A DNA stretch of 64,000 nt, taken from Candidatus Poribacteria bacterium (GTDB taxonomy: Bacteria > Poribacteria > WGA-4E > PCPOR2b). Position numbers and translations under genes: made by a program. The notes beneath the pieces are model-generated. The model was not told where the DNA came from. It worked only from the letters and a program-made list of their open reading frames with translations, and did not search any database. Shown one piece after another: positions 29,790 through 39,953 of the stretch (its first letter is position 1; each line of letters begins with the position of its first letter). Location of the stretch: assembly GCA_965208325.1 (NCBI GenBank), contig OZ242326.1, positions 1,056,001 to 1,120,000 on the forward strand. The letters run 5' to 3'.

Positions 29790-30893
29790 TCACCGAAGCT
29801 TGAGCGTGCTTAATGCCATTAGCATAAGTATGAATGCAACAATCCAAAATCGAATGACGATTTTCGATTCCTTCCAACCGATTTGTTCAAAATGGTGGTG
29901 TAAAGGCGACATCTTGAACACACGCTTTTTCCGCGTCCGATACGACCATACTTGAATAATGACGGAGAGTATTTCCGCAACGAAGATACCGCCGACAAGT
30001 ACTAGCAGAATCTCCGCTTTTGCTAGAATGGCGACCGTACCCAGCGCACCGCCGAGCGCCAATGAGCCTGTATCTCCCATCATGACCTGTGCCGGATGGC
30101 AATTGTACCACAAGAATCCCAAGCCCGCCCCGATGAGCGCCGCACAGAAGATTGCAACCGCCTCTCCGCTTGCGGGTAGGTGTGCAATGTCCAAATAACT
30201 TGCCAACTGTTGATGCGTCGTCAAATATCCCAATGCGCCAAACGTGGCTGCCACAAACAATGTACAACCGATCGCTAGGCCGTCAAGCCCATCTGTCAAG
30301 TTTACAGCGTTGGAAGTCCCCACGATTACGATTGTAGCGAATGGAATAAATAAAAACTCAAGATTCGGGCGAAGTTGCTTGAAAAATGGGATGATAATTG
30401 ATGTTCTCGTTGCCAGGTCGTCCTTCGGGGCGGGACCCCAATGGTAAAGATAAAAAGCGATAGCTAAGGCGCCAATCGTTTGAAGGAAGATTTTATGCCA
30501 GCCCCGCAAACCAAGCGACTGTTTCCTTGAGATTTTAAGATAATCATCAAGAAAACCGATGCCGCCAAACCATAGTAAACTCAACGCTAACAGGAAGATA
30601 TAAGGTTGATCCAACCGCGCCCACAGAAGCGTTGAAATCAACACGGACGAGATAACTAACACACCGCCCATTGTCGGCGTACCAGCCTTGATAACGTGGC
30701 TTTGGGGGCCATCCTCCTGGATGTACTGGCCAATCTTCAACTGGCGAAGATGTCGAATGACAAGCGGGCCAAAAACCAAAGCAATCAACAACGCCGTTAC
30801 CGTCGCATAGATTGCCCGAAAGCTAATATACCGGAAGACGTTAAAAGGCGAAAAAACGTCTGTTAATAGTTCAAAAAATAGGTAGTAAAACAT
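29790..30893 (-). CDS. mraY: Phospho-N-acetylmuramoyl-pentapeptide transferase
   Basis: TPTMGG, NAVNLTDGLDGLA, MGDTGS and PLHHHFE. Confidence 0.97.
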   Translation of the reverse strand: MFYYLFFELLTDVFSPFNVFRYISFRAIYATVTALLIALVFGPLVIRHLRQLKIGQYIQEDGPQSHVIKAGTPTMGGVLVISSVLISTLLWARLDQPYIFLLALSLLWFGGIGFLDDYLKISRKQSLGLRGWHKIFLQTIGALAIAFYLYHWGPAPKDDLATRTSIIIPFFKQLRPNLEFLFIPFATIVIVGTSNAVNLTDGLDGLAIGCTLFVAATFGALGYLTTHQQLASYLDIAHLPASGEAVAIFCAALIGAGLGFLWYNCHPAQVMMGDTGSLALGGALGTVAILAKAEILLVLVGGIFVAEILSVIIQVWSYRTRKKRVFKMSPLHHHFEQIGWKESKIVIRFWIVAFILMLMALSTLKLR

Positions 30894-30941
30894 CGTAATA
30901 AATTGGGAGATTGAGATTTGATGTTACGTTTAATCGGGCGC

Positions 30942-32135
30942 CTAATTTTTCACGCCCGCGCCCGAATTGATTTTGCCTGATTTGAGATTCAGCCGACTCA
31001 GAAGATTAGCACCGTAAGAATATGAAACGCTGTTTCGCTCTGCATACACTTCAAAAGCGAGTTCAATCAGATTGTCGACTAACAGCGGGAAATCGACATT
31101 TTCGCGTTCCCATAAGTAAAAACTAAATGAGCCGGGAATAGTATTGATTTCATTTACAATGGGAATCTCGCCCTTTCCAACCAGGAAGTCAACCCGCGCG
31201 ATACCCTTGCAGTCGAGAACTTCGAAGGTGCGCTTGGCTAAATCTTGGATTTTCGAAGTTAGCTCGGGCGAAATTGGCGCAGGGATCGTTCGGTCAGCAC
31301 CCGCCATGCCAGAAATTTTACTTTCATCGTGAACGTACTTATCGTCAAAACTCAGGAATTCACCGGAAGACACCGGTTGTTCACATACGGACGCAGCTAA
31401 ATCGTAGCTACCCATTACCGAGCAATTGATTTCTATTGCGTCCTCTAATCCCTCTTCTACAATAACACGCATGTCGTATTGGCACGCCAGATCAAGAGCC
31501 GACTTAAGATTGCCCTGATTTTGAACTTGGCTTACTCCGATACTGGAGCCGGAGTTTGCCGGTTTAACGAACACAGGGTAATTTAGGTTATGTTCAACCT
31601 TTTTTGCGGCGCATTCCGGATTAGCTTCCAACTCTTTCTTCGTGAACCACAAGTATGACACAACCGGGAGATTTTCCTCCTTAAGGATTGCCTTCATGAC
31701 AATTTTGTCCATTCCCACCGCCGATCCAAGCACTCCTGCTCCAATGTAGGGAATATTCATGAGTTCCAGCAATCCCGGCAGCGTTCCATCCTCACCGTGA
31801 GCCCCGTGTATTACCGGAAATACGACATCGACCGGCAGGAGTTTACACCGTTGAAATCGCCCAAATCCACGTTTAGATGCCCGAAACCGTGGTTTTTGCC
31901 CGAATTCTATGATAACTTTGTCCGAGTTGGCGTCATTCGGAAGATCCCCGCGCGTAAAAGTGTCCAATTCAAGAAAATTATTGCTTGTTAACCACTCACC
32001 GGTTTTCGTAATGTAGATGGGTGTTACCTTGTATCTTCCTTTTAGAGCGGCAAGAACCTGATGAGCCGTTACAATGGAAACTTCGTGCTCCGGCGAACGG
32101 CCGCCGAAAATTACGGCGACATTTTTTTTCCGCAT
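30942..32135 (-). CDS. ddl: D-alanine--D-alanine ligase
   Basis: FGGRSPEHEVS, HGAHGEDG, KPANSGSSIG, FDDKY and NEINTIPG; start placed at ATG 32135. Confidence 0.93.
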   Translation of the reverse strand: MRKKNVAVIFGGRSPEHEVSIVTAHQVLAALKGRYKVTPIYITKTGEWLTSNNFLELDTFTRGDLPNDANSDKVIIEFGQKPRFRASKRGFGRFQRCKLLPVDVVFPVIHGAHGEDGTLPGLLELMNIPYIGAGVLGSAVGMDKIVMKAILKEENLPVVSYLWFTKKELEANPECAAKKVEHNLNYPVFVKPANSGSSIGVSQVQNQGNLKSALDLACQYDMRVIVEEGLEDAIEINCSVMGSYDLAASVCEQPVSSGEFLSFDDKYVHDESKISGMAGADRTIPAPISPELTSKIQDLAKRTFEVLDCKGIARVDFLVGKGEIPIVNEINTIPGSFSFYLWERENVDFPLLVDNLIELAFEVYAERNSVSYSYGANLLSRLNLKSGKINSGAGVKN

Positions 32136-32276
32136 CCCCTTAATTGATTCCTTTCTTGGCTCGAAATGCTGCGCCTTGGCTCTGGAAGCGGTGACACTAT
32201 GGCGTTGTCGTGAATTTACGCCCAACTATCACAAACCCCGGTACACTGATGATGTGTTCAGTGTTACCTAAATTGT

Positions 32277-33950
32277 TCAAACTCCCTCGCTGTAGCTGTC
32301 TGGAAGGTCATTTTCAAATAATACTACATCGCCGGATTTTAAGATTTGCTTTAAAGATTCCGATGCTCGCGGCAGGCTTTCAACTTGCAGAATCTTCTCT
32401 TTAGGATACCCAGCAGTTGCTAACCCCTCCAAGATGGGCTTGGTTTGCACGGGGCCGACCAAAATGACGAAATCACATACGTTGGCGGCTTCCAGGCCGA
32501 AAGTTCGGTTTTCGTCGAATTCCATGTTACCTAGCTCTACCATGCCCGGTGTAACGAGGATTTTTCTGCCGTCACTAAACCCTTCTAACACCTCAAGCGC
32601 CGCTTTAGCCCCCACCGGATTAGCATTGAACCCATCATCAATAACGGTTACGCCGCCAGCGCCATTGATTAACTGCAATCTGTGAGGAATGGGTTCGAGC
32701 ATGCATGTTGCTTGGCGAACTTCATCCAACGTCAACCCACATTCTAAAGCAACTGTAGCAGCAGCCAAAATATTATAAACGTTATTACGCCCAAGCAGCT
32801 TGGTTACTACCCTACAAGTTTCGCCCGAAGGTTTTTCGATAATGAAGGTAAGTCCGCTTCGAGTATTTTCAATTCCACGCGCCGTCAATCCGACCTTTTC
32901 ATCGAGTCTATCCACTGCGTACCTGGCGGTTTTGATGGATGTTTTATCCGCAAGTTTGGAACAATATTCATTATCATCATTGAAAACCGCAGTGCCATCT
33001 TCAGGCAGTGACTCGATCAGCTCATATTTTGTGCGTGCAATGTTTTCAATGTTTTTGAACCGTTCCAGATGCTGCGCACCTACCGCGGTAAGTATCCCGA
33101 TTTCTGGGTATACTAATCGGCACAATTCCGCAATATCGCCCCTTTTATACGCTCCCATTTCTACTATAAATATCTCGTGATCCGCTTCAAGTTGACCCCT
33201 TATCACTTTGCAAATCCCCATAGGAGTGTTGTAACTGTCGGGAGTCATTAATACATTGAATTTTTGCGAGAGCATCGAGTTAAGAATGTACTTTGTGCTT
33301 GTTTTGCCATAACTGCCCGTGATTCCAATTACCTTCGGATGGAGATTTTTCATTTTTCTGCGGGCCGACCGTAGGTAACTTTGGTAAATAGTTCGCTCTA
33401 CGGGATAGATAACGAGATTGGCTGCGGTCAGATTAAAAGCGGCGAGTTGATTGAAAATAAATGTGAATATGAGAAGTGCCGTAAATTGCGGGTAAAGTTG
33501 AAGCGCCGATAGCCGCCATAAGGATAAACCGCCGTTTAACCACAAAAATGATAAGACCGCGACGGCGAGAAGTATTAAAGCTAGCCCAAATACCCGTTTT
33601 GCTCGCGCTGTGTAAACCAGAGGCTTCTTCGCTTTGAATCTATTCTCTTTTGCGGTAAAGTATGTTTCAATTGCAATCCAAGTCAAGATTATAAAAGGCA
33701 AAACTGGCGTTTTTATGTCAAAGGGAATGAGGATTAGTGTTAGAATGATAAGACAGCCAATAACTACAGTCTCACGGACATCAATTAACCGTTTCGGGTG
33801 ATTAATTGACCAACCCAAAAACCGTCCGCTTTTATATCCTTCTAATTGGAGAATATGGAGCGCACGAATGGTTCGAACAACTGCCCTCGCCAGCCACACT
33901 AAAATAGCCGGAATTACAAGCAGCGCAGAATAGTTGATAAAATCGGACAT
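32277..33950 (-). CDS. murF: UDP-MurNAc-tripeptide--D-Ala-D-Ala ligase with N-terminal membrane domain
   Basis: GITGSYGKTSTK, SYNTPMG, EMGA and DDGFNANP, preceded by about 200 aa with several hydrophobic helices. Confidence 0.88.
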   Translation of the reverse strand: MSDFINYSALLVIPAILVWLARAVVRTIRALHILQLEGYKSGRFLGWSINHPKRLIDVRETVVIGCLIILTLILIPFDIKTPVLPFIILTWIAIETYFTAKENRFKAKKPLVYTARAKRVFGLALILLAVAVLSFLWLNGGLSLWRLSALQLYPQFTALLIFTFIFNQLAAFNLTAANLVIYPVERTIYQSYLRSARRKMKNLHPKVIGITGSYGKTSTKYILNSMLSQKFNVLMTPDSYNTPMGICKVIRGQLEADHEIFIVEMGAYKRGDIAELCRLVYPEIGILTAVGAQHLERFKNIENIARTKYELIESLPEDGTAVFNDDNEYCSKLADKTSIKTARYAVDRLDEKVGLTARGIENTRSGLTFIIEKPSGETCRVVTKLLGRNNVYNILAAATVALECGLTLDEVRQATCMLEPIPHRLQLINGAGGVTVIDDGFNANPVGAKAALEVLEGFSDGRKILVTPGMVELGNMEFDENRTFGLEAANVCDFVILVGPVQTKPILEGLATAGYPKEKILQVESLPRASESLKQILKSGDVVLFENDLPDSYSEGV

Positions 33951-33952
33951 GA

Positions 33953-34711
33953 CTATTTTCCCAAGAATCTAGAAACAATTCGGCAAAACTGCGGGAAATT
34001 ATCTAGATAAGAAAAATGCCCCGCATTTTGCAGAACGACCAATCCTGCATCTTCAATCTCTTTTTCCATTATTTTCGCATGTGAAATTGGCGTCGCCGTG
34101 TCTTTCTCTCCCCAGACAAGCAAAGTCGATGCTCTGATTTTGGGCAATCGCGGCTTTAAATCTTCATTGACGACTTTCACAAATGTCCCGCGCAATTCAC
34201 CTGCATCTTGATAGTCCTTCGAGCCGACCAATCTAGAAATAGCGTTCCTGCCTCTTTCTCCGAAAGTTCCGAATAGCTGCGGTGCAAACAACAGTTTTCC
34301 CATCTTGGCAATTGACACTCGCACACGGTATTTGACCGTACGCCGCGGTATTATTCCGGCGCTATCAACTAGGACTAGCTTTTCCACTTTTTCTGGTTGT
34401 TCGGCTGCTAGCACGATAGCAATCCGTCCACCGAAGGAATGTGCTATAATGTTGGCTTTATCGATTTGAAGCTTGTCGAAAAAGCCTAAAATTAATCTCG
34501 CGTAGTCACCGGCGCCCCAAGGACAAGGCGGCAAATCGCTGTTGCCAAATCCGGGCAGATCCAATGTATAGGTTTTATAATTGTTGATGAGATAATCAAA
34601 GACAGGTTTGAAGCTTTCTGAATTGCCGCCCCATCCATGAAGCAGAACGACAGATGCACCCGACCCTCCAACTTCGTAAAAAACATTTAGGCCGTCAATC
34701 TCGACATTCAT
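33953..34711 (-). CDS. Alpha/beta-fold hydrolase
   Basis: LHGWG, DLPGFG, AHSFGG nucleophile elbow, GEKD and AGHF. Confidence 0.9.
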   Translation of the reverse strand: MNVEIDGLNVFYEVGGSGASVVLLHGWGGNSESFKPVFDYLINNYKTYTLDLPGFGNSDLPPCPWGAGDYARLILGFFDKLQIDKANIIAHSFGGRIAIVLAAEQPEKVEKLVLVDSAGIIPRRTVKYRVRVSIAKMGKLLFAPQLFGTFGERGRNAISRLVGSKDYQDAGELRGTFVKVVNEDLKPRLPKIRASTLLVWGEKDTATPISHAKIMEKEIEDAGLVVLQNAGHFSYLDNFPQFCRIVSRFLGK

Positions 34712-34922
34712 CTTTTCGCTCAATTGTAACGTACTAATCTTGCAACGGGTTGCCGTTAACTTCAAAAATTCCTGCCCACCTACTTAACGTTATTGGATCA
34801 CCTTTGTTCGGTTGCACCATAATCTTGCAAGCGGGCAAGTAGGCCAATAGCATTCGCGCTAATCGGTTTAGCGAAATTCTACGGCTAAAACCGGCATGGT
34901 CTGCACCGTCGGGGCAGGTTTT

Positions 34923-36407
34923 TCATTTGCTCAACTTCAACAGTTCAAGAGACGAGGAGGCAATTTCGCGGTCATCGAAATGGAAACGTTGCCCATTAAT
35001 TTCTTGATAAGACTCATGCCCTTTTCCCGCAATTGCCACAAGATCCCCGGGTTCAGCCATCTCTATCGCATGCTTGATTGCAGCTTTCCGATTCACGATC
35101 TCAACATGGTTTGCACCATTTGGCAATCCGTTTACAATATCGGCGATAATCAAATCGGGGGCTTCGGTACGCGGGTTGTCGGAGGTGATTACGCTGAAAT
35201 CAGCGATTGCCGTGGAAATCTTCCCCATCTTCGGACGTTTACCTGAATCTCGATCTCCGCCGCAGCCGAACACGCAAATTAACCGCCCGTTAGTAATCTT
35301 TCGTGCGGCCGCCAGAAGGTTTTCGAGACCGTCCGGGGTATGTGCATAATCTACAACCACGGCGAAATCCTGCCCTTTATCAACCCGCTCAAATCTCCCC
35401 GGCACTACGGTCGATTCTAGTCCTTCTTTGATTGTCTGAAGAGAACATCCGTGATGCAAGCCTACCCCAATTGCGGCAAGTGCGTTGTAAAGATTATAAT
35501 CGCCTAACAAGCGCAGTTTAACGCGAATGTTGCCCGATGGCGTCACGGCGGTAAAAATGAGACCGTTAAGCGTTGATTTCACGTCACGAGCGGTAAGATG
35601 GGCTTGGCGTTGGAGCCCGTAAGTCAAGATATTGTCGTGACCTACGGTTAAGTTTATTCGCTGTCGAATTAATTCATAAACTTCGTCATCCGCATTGAGA
35701 ATCGCCATCCCATTTTTCGTTCGAAGCTGCTGAAATAGCATGAGCTTCGCATTCAGGTAGTTTTCCATCGTACGGTGGTAGTCCAGGTGATCCTGTGTCA
35801 AATTTGTGAATACAGCGGTTTCAAACGTAAGCCCCGCCAACCGATGTTGCGCTAGTCCTTGCGACGACGTTTCCATGATGGCATACCCTATATCAGCATT
35901 AACGATTTTGGCGAATAGCCCATGCAAGACAAGCGGATCAGGGGTTGTAGTCGCCGCCGGAACGGTCACATCCCCGTAACGGTGACTAACTGTTCCCATA
36001 ATTGCAGATTTGATTCCAGCGGTTTTGAAGATGGAATGCACGAAGAATGCCGTTGAGGTCTTACCGTTTGTGCCAGTTATTCCGACTAGCTTCAGTTTAG
36101 CGGCGGGGGTACGGTGCCAATTGGCCGACATAACCGACAGCGCAATTCGCCCGTTCGGTGTTTGAATGTAGGTCGCATTTGGCGGAAGGTCTTTTGGGGG
36201 TAGTTTTTCACCGACTACTACATTTGCACCATTCTGAATTGCCCGTTGAATAAACGTGTGGCTGTCAACTTTAATACCTTCGTAACATATGAAGGCGCAT
36301 CCTGGCTGCACCTTGCGATGATCGCTAACAATGCAATTAACTTCTCGATCGAAATCGCCAACTGAAGAGAGTACGTCCACACCGCGGAGTAATTTTTGGA
36401 GATTCAC
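34923..36407 (-). CDS. murE: UDP-MurNAc-dipeptide--meso-DAP ligase
   Basis: GITGTNGKTS, TTPD, DHLDYH, DYAHTPD and DNPR (DAP-type) motifs. Confidence 0.96.
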   Translation of the reverse strand: MNLQKLLRGVDVLSSVGDFDREVNCIVSDHRKVQPGCAFICYEGIKVDSHTFIQRAIQNGANVVVGEKLPPKDLPPNATYIQTPNGRIALSVMSANWHRTPAAKLKLVGITGTNGKTSTAFFVHSIFKTAGIKSAIMGTVSHRYGDVTVPAATTTPDPLVLHGLFAKIVNADIGYAIMETSSQGLAQHRLAGLTFETAVFTNLTQDHLDYHRTMENYLNAKLMLFQQLRTKNGMAILNADDEVYELIRQRINLTVGHDNILTYGLQRQAHLTARDVKSTLNGLIFTAVTPSGNIRVKLRLLGDYNLYNALAAIGVGLHHGCSLQTIKEGLESTVVPGRFERVDKGQDFAVVVDYAHTPDGLENLLAAARKITNGRLICVFGCGGDRDSGKRPKMGKISTAIADFSVITSDNPRTEAPDLIIADIVNGLPNGANHVEIVNRKAAIKHAIEMAEPGDLVAIAGKGHESYQEINGQRFHFDDREIASSSLELLKLSK

Positions 36408-36463
36408 ATCGTGGTACCTGCAGTTTCAGACAGACAAATCGGGAATTACCTCACACCGTTCCC

Positions 36464-38188
36464 TCAATTCGTATCATAGCCGTTCGTGTTTCTTTGGGCG
36501 AAAAGATCCTTCTGGGTCAGGTAACGCATCACGGGATTGGCAATCTCCCGGAAAATTGGTGCAGCCACTCGACTACTTAGCGGTGCACCTGCGGGTTCGT
36601 CAACAACTACAATAATTGATATCAGTGGATCTTCGGCTGGAAGGAAACCTGCAAAACTTGTAATGACTTTGCCATCCACATACCCTCTACCTTTTTCCGC
36701 CTTCTGTGCCGTACCAGTTTTACCGGCTACGCGGTATCCCCCTACCCGTGCATGAAAGCCGCCGCCTAGTTCTGTGACCTTGACGAGCATATCTGTGATA
36801 ATCTCCGCGGTTTCGGGCGATATCACACGGCGCATCTTTGTCAGGTGAAAACGCTTTAACTGACGGCCATCTTTATCGAGAATCTGTTGGGTCACGTAAG
36901 GCTGTAGCAGCATTCCGCCCGTGGCGATTGCGTTCATGGCATTCAACATTTGAATTGCCGTCCCGGAAATTCCCTGGCCGAAAGGCACCGTAGCCATAGA
37001 ATAACCATCCCACTTGCGAAATCCTCTCAGACTGCCGTCTTGCTCGAAGGGCAAATCAATGCCAGTTTTCTGCCCAAAGCCGAACCGCCGAGTATAATCC
37101 TCCAACCGCTCCTTTCCGAGCCTACTCGCAATCTTCAAGATGCCGATATTGCTCGATTTTTGAATCACTTCCGTGAGGGTTAGCCAAGCGTTTGGCTTAA
37201 TATCGTTGATGACATGCCCATTCGGCAAACGGAATTTACCCATTTCGCAATACACTTCCGAATCAGCTGTCATAATGTTTTCGTTAATTGCTGCTGCCGC
37301 CGTGACAATCTTAAACACTGAACCGGGTTCATATTGCGCCCAAATCGAGAGATTTCGTTTGGATAACTCTTGACTCCGAGAATACTGGTTTGGGTCATAG
37401 TTAGGATAGTTCGCCATCGCCAGAATCTCACCGCTTTTTGAGTGCATGACGATGACCGATCCTGATAAGGCGCGCCACTTCTTACATCCGGCAATCAATT
37501 CCTTTTCTGCAATGTACTGGATGGACTCATCTATTGTAAGGACAACGTTGTGCCCATACGCTGCCGGATCTGGACGAAGATGTGAAATAGCACTTGCGCT
37601 GTCATCGGCATCCGACGCATCTGGTTTCGATACCAAAATTCTCGGCGTCAAATGAGAATTGTGTTGATGCTCGATCCCTTCAATCCCCCTGCTCTGAAAA
37701 TCCGTATACCCTACTATGTGGCACCCCAATTCATCTCTAGGATATTGCCGTTTTCCACCAACCTCATAATCCAATCCATAAATGTCTTTCGTCATCCCCC
37801 GAAGTTCCTTCAGCAGACTGTAGTCCAAATTCCGCGCGAGCACGACGTACTCTTTGTCCTTTTTCCGAAGTTCCGGCAGCAATTTGGACGCTGAGGTCTT
37901 TAACAAAGGTGCAAGTTTGCCGGCGACCTCGTGCGGTGTTTTTTTCATGACCTTTGGATCCGCAACGACTGAAACTAAGTCCTGGTGGATTGCAAATACG
38001 TTACGGTGCCGATCTACAATCTTACCGCGCTTAACTTGAGCTTTTGGATTAGTAATCCATAGGTTCACGAGGTGTGACTCGCGTTGAACATACTGAACCA
38101 GAAAAAGTCGGGCAATTAGCGCGACCATGCAAATTTCTAACACAATGAGCGTCTTTAAAATTCGAGAATAATATGCAGGTTTGAACAT
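36464..38188 (-). CDS. ftsI: Class B penicillin-binding protein FtsI
   Basis: RGKIVDR, EPGSVFK, SSN and KTGT; follows ftsL. Confidence 0.9.
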   Translation of the reverse strand: MFKPAYYSRILKTLIVLEICMVALIARLFLVQYVQRESHLVNLWITNPKAQVKRGKIVDRHRNVFAIHQDLVSVVADPKVMKKTPHEVAGKLAPLLKTSASKLLPELRKKDKEYVVLARNLDYSLLKELRGMTKDIYGLDYEVGGKRQYPRDELGCHIVGYTDFQSRGIEGIEHQHNSHLTPRILVSKPDASDADDSASAISHLRPDPAAYGHNVVLTIDESIQYIAEKELIAGCKKWRALSGSVIVMHSKSGEILAMANYPNYDPNQYSRSQELSKRNLSIWAQYEPGSVFKIVTAAAAINENIMTADSEVYCEMGKFRLPNGHVINDIKPNAWLTLTEVIQKSSNIGILKIASRLGKERLEDYTRRFGFGQKTGIDLPFEQDGSLRGFRKWDGYSMATVPFGQGISGTAIQMLNAMNAIATGGMLLQPYVTQQILDKDGRQLKRFHLTKMRRVISPETAEIITDMLVKVTELGGGFHARVGGYRVAGKTGTAQKAEKGRGYVDGKVITSFAGFLPAEDPLISIIVVVDEPAGAPLSSRVAAPIFREIANPVMRYLTQKDLFAQRNTNGYDTN

Positions 38189-38209
38189 TTCTCTTTTGAT
38201 TTAAAATCG

Positions 38210-38509
38210 TCAGTTTTTGTCATCTTGAAGAATCTGGACAGGCTCGGAAGATTGAACCATGTTTAGTTTTTTCGCGATTTTATGTATATTCTTCACCGAA
38301 GTCAATTTCGCTTCCTGCCTTTCAAGCTCGCTGATTTCGTCGAGCAAAAAATGCTTGTGCGGCTCAAGTTCCTCGCGCACCTCTTCAATCGTTTTGTCTT
38401 GGTAGGAGGAAAACCATACTGTCACCAAAAACATGCTAACGAACAACGCCAGTACAAAGTACGCAATTGGAGTCAGTTTTTTCGATGTTCTCAATCTTCT
38501 ACGATGCAT
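38210..38509 (-). CDS. ftsL: Cell division protein FtsL-like
   Basis: Small protein with a basic N-terminus, one TM helix and a coiled coil; lies between rsmH and ftsI. Confidence 0.7.
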   Translation of the reverse strand: MHRRRLRTSKKLTPIAYFVLALFVSMFLVTVWFSSYQDKTIEEVREELEPHKHFLLDEISELERQEAKLTSVKNIHKIAKKLNMVQSSEPVQILQDDKN

Positions 38510-38722
38510 GGGACCATTTTAAGAAGGAACTTAATGTTGATTTCCGCGCAGGCGCAAGATTCTGTTCAGTAAAGTACACGTAAGTAACTTGGTCCGTGTC
38601 GGGCATCACCTAATCTCTGACGGTGCGCATCGTTACTCACTACAAACCTAGTAACAAATCTCGGCGCGTGAAGCAGCCTGAAGCGTTATTATACCGTTGA
38701 TAATAAACGTTCAATCGGTGAT

Positions 38723-39697
38723 TTAAGATTCACAGATCTTCATTGCGGCGCGCAATTTCGCACTGCGCGAACGGGGGTTTTTCTGAATTTCATCAATCCG
38801 CGGGGTTATTGGACGTTTCGTCAAGATGTGGAGAGACGCTCGGTGGCGGCACACACAGATTGGCGATTTAGGTGGGCAAACGCAGTCACAAGAAAGTCTT
38901 TGAAACTGTTGTTTCACAATCCTGTCCTCAAGAGAATGGAATGAAATGACGCAAATGCGCCCGCCCGGCGCTAAAGCCTCCACGGCGCAATCTAATCCCA
39001 ATTGAAGACGCTTCAACTCATCATTGACATATATTCTGAGCGCCTGAAAGACGCGTGTTGCATTGTGGATTCGTGATCGTCTTGCTTTTGGAGGAATTGC
39101 ATCTTCAATTATCGCGGCAAGTTGAAGTGTCGTTGTAACGGGTTGGGTTCTTCGAGATTGAACTATTCGGCGAGCGACACTTCGCGCATTGCGTTCTTCG
39201 CCATAATTCCAAAAAATGTCGGCTAGTTTTTCCTCACTGCTGCTGTTTACAACCTCCTCTGCAGAAAGCGGGTGATTTGGGTTCATACGCATGTCTAGGG
39301 GACCTGAGCGCGCAAAACTAAACCCTCGAGTCGGCGTGTCAAGTTGCAGAGATGAAACCCCCAAATCAAACAACACGCCATCAACATCATTTAACGAATG
39401 TCTTTTGAGAATCACGTCCAGATTAACGAAGTCTTCATGAACCAAGGTGAATCGATCGTTGAATTCACCGAGTTTTTCCTTGGCAAGCGATAAGGCTTCT
39501 AAATCCAAATCTACGCCGAGGAGCCGACCGTCCGGACTACATGCCCGTAATATGGCAGCCGCATGTCCCCCCAGCCCAACGGTGCCGTCAAAATAGCGGC
39601 CATTGTTCGTAGGTTGCAATTGTTCAACGACTTCATGGACTAATACAGACTCGTGTATCGTCTCTGCTTTCCGCTGTGGTTCCTCGACCGACGACAT
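38723..39697 (-). CDS. rsmH: 16S rRNA m4C1402 methyltransferase
   Basis: DGTVGLGGH, DLGVSS, PLDMRM, FHSLEDRIVK and NPRSRSAKLR. Confidence 0.97.
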   Translation of the reverse strand: MSSVEEPQRKAETIHESVLVHEVVEQLQPTNNGRYFDGTVGLGGHAAAILRACSPDGRLLGVDLDLEALSLAKEKLGEFNDRFTLVHEDFVNLDVILKRHSLNDVDGVLFDLGVSSLQLDTPTRGFSFARSGPLDMRMNPNHPLSAEEVVNSSSEEKLADIFWNYGEERNARSVARRIVQSRRTQPVTTTLQLAAIIEDAIPPKARRSRIHNATRVFQALRIYVNDELKRLQLGLDCAVEALAPGGRICVISFHSLEDRIVKQQFQRLSCDCVCPPKSPICVCRHRASLHILTKRPITPRIDEIQKNPRSRSAKLRAAMKICES

Positions 39698-39763
39698 GAT
39701 TAGTGATCCTCGGCCAGCGTGGCCATCTGACCCTCCTAAAGTTTCATCATTAATGCGAAGTCT

Positions 39764-39791
39764 ATTATATCATAGGTGTAGACTGTGTCAA
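39764..39791 (-). promoter_or_regulatory. Sigma70 promoter for the rsmH/dcw block
   Basis: TTGACA-16 nt-TATAAT with TGn. Confidence 0.75.
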
Positions 39792-39818
39792 GCGAAAACC
39801 TTCCATCTTGCAATCCCG

Positions 39819-39847
39819 TTGACACCAATTTGCCGATATGATATTCT
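39819..39847 (+). promoter_or_regulatory. Divergent sigma70 promoter for the SDR/cytochrome genes
   Basis: TTGACA-17 nt-TATTCT with TGn. Confidence 0.65.
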
Positions 39848-39953
39848 ATCTGAAAAAAATTATGAGCACACCTAACCTCAAGCGGATAATCCGTAGTAAG
39901 ACTTACGGTGTCTCAAGCAGTTTGCCGACGAACGCATAAGGGGAAAACGTGCC

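Noticed and set aside
30942..32135. D-Ala-D-Lac (vancomycin-resistance) ligase
   Set aside because: The omega loop keeps KY (FDDKY) as in D-Ala-D-Ala ligases, and there is no vanH/vanX.
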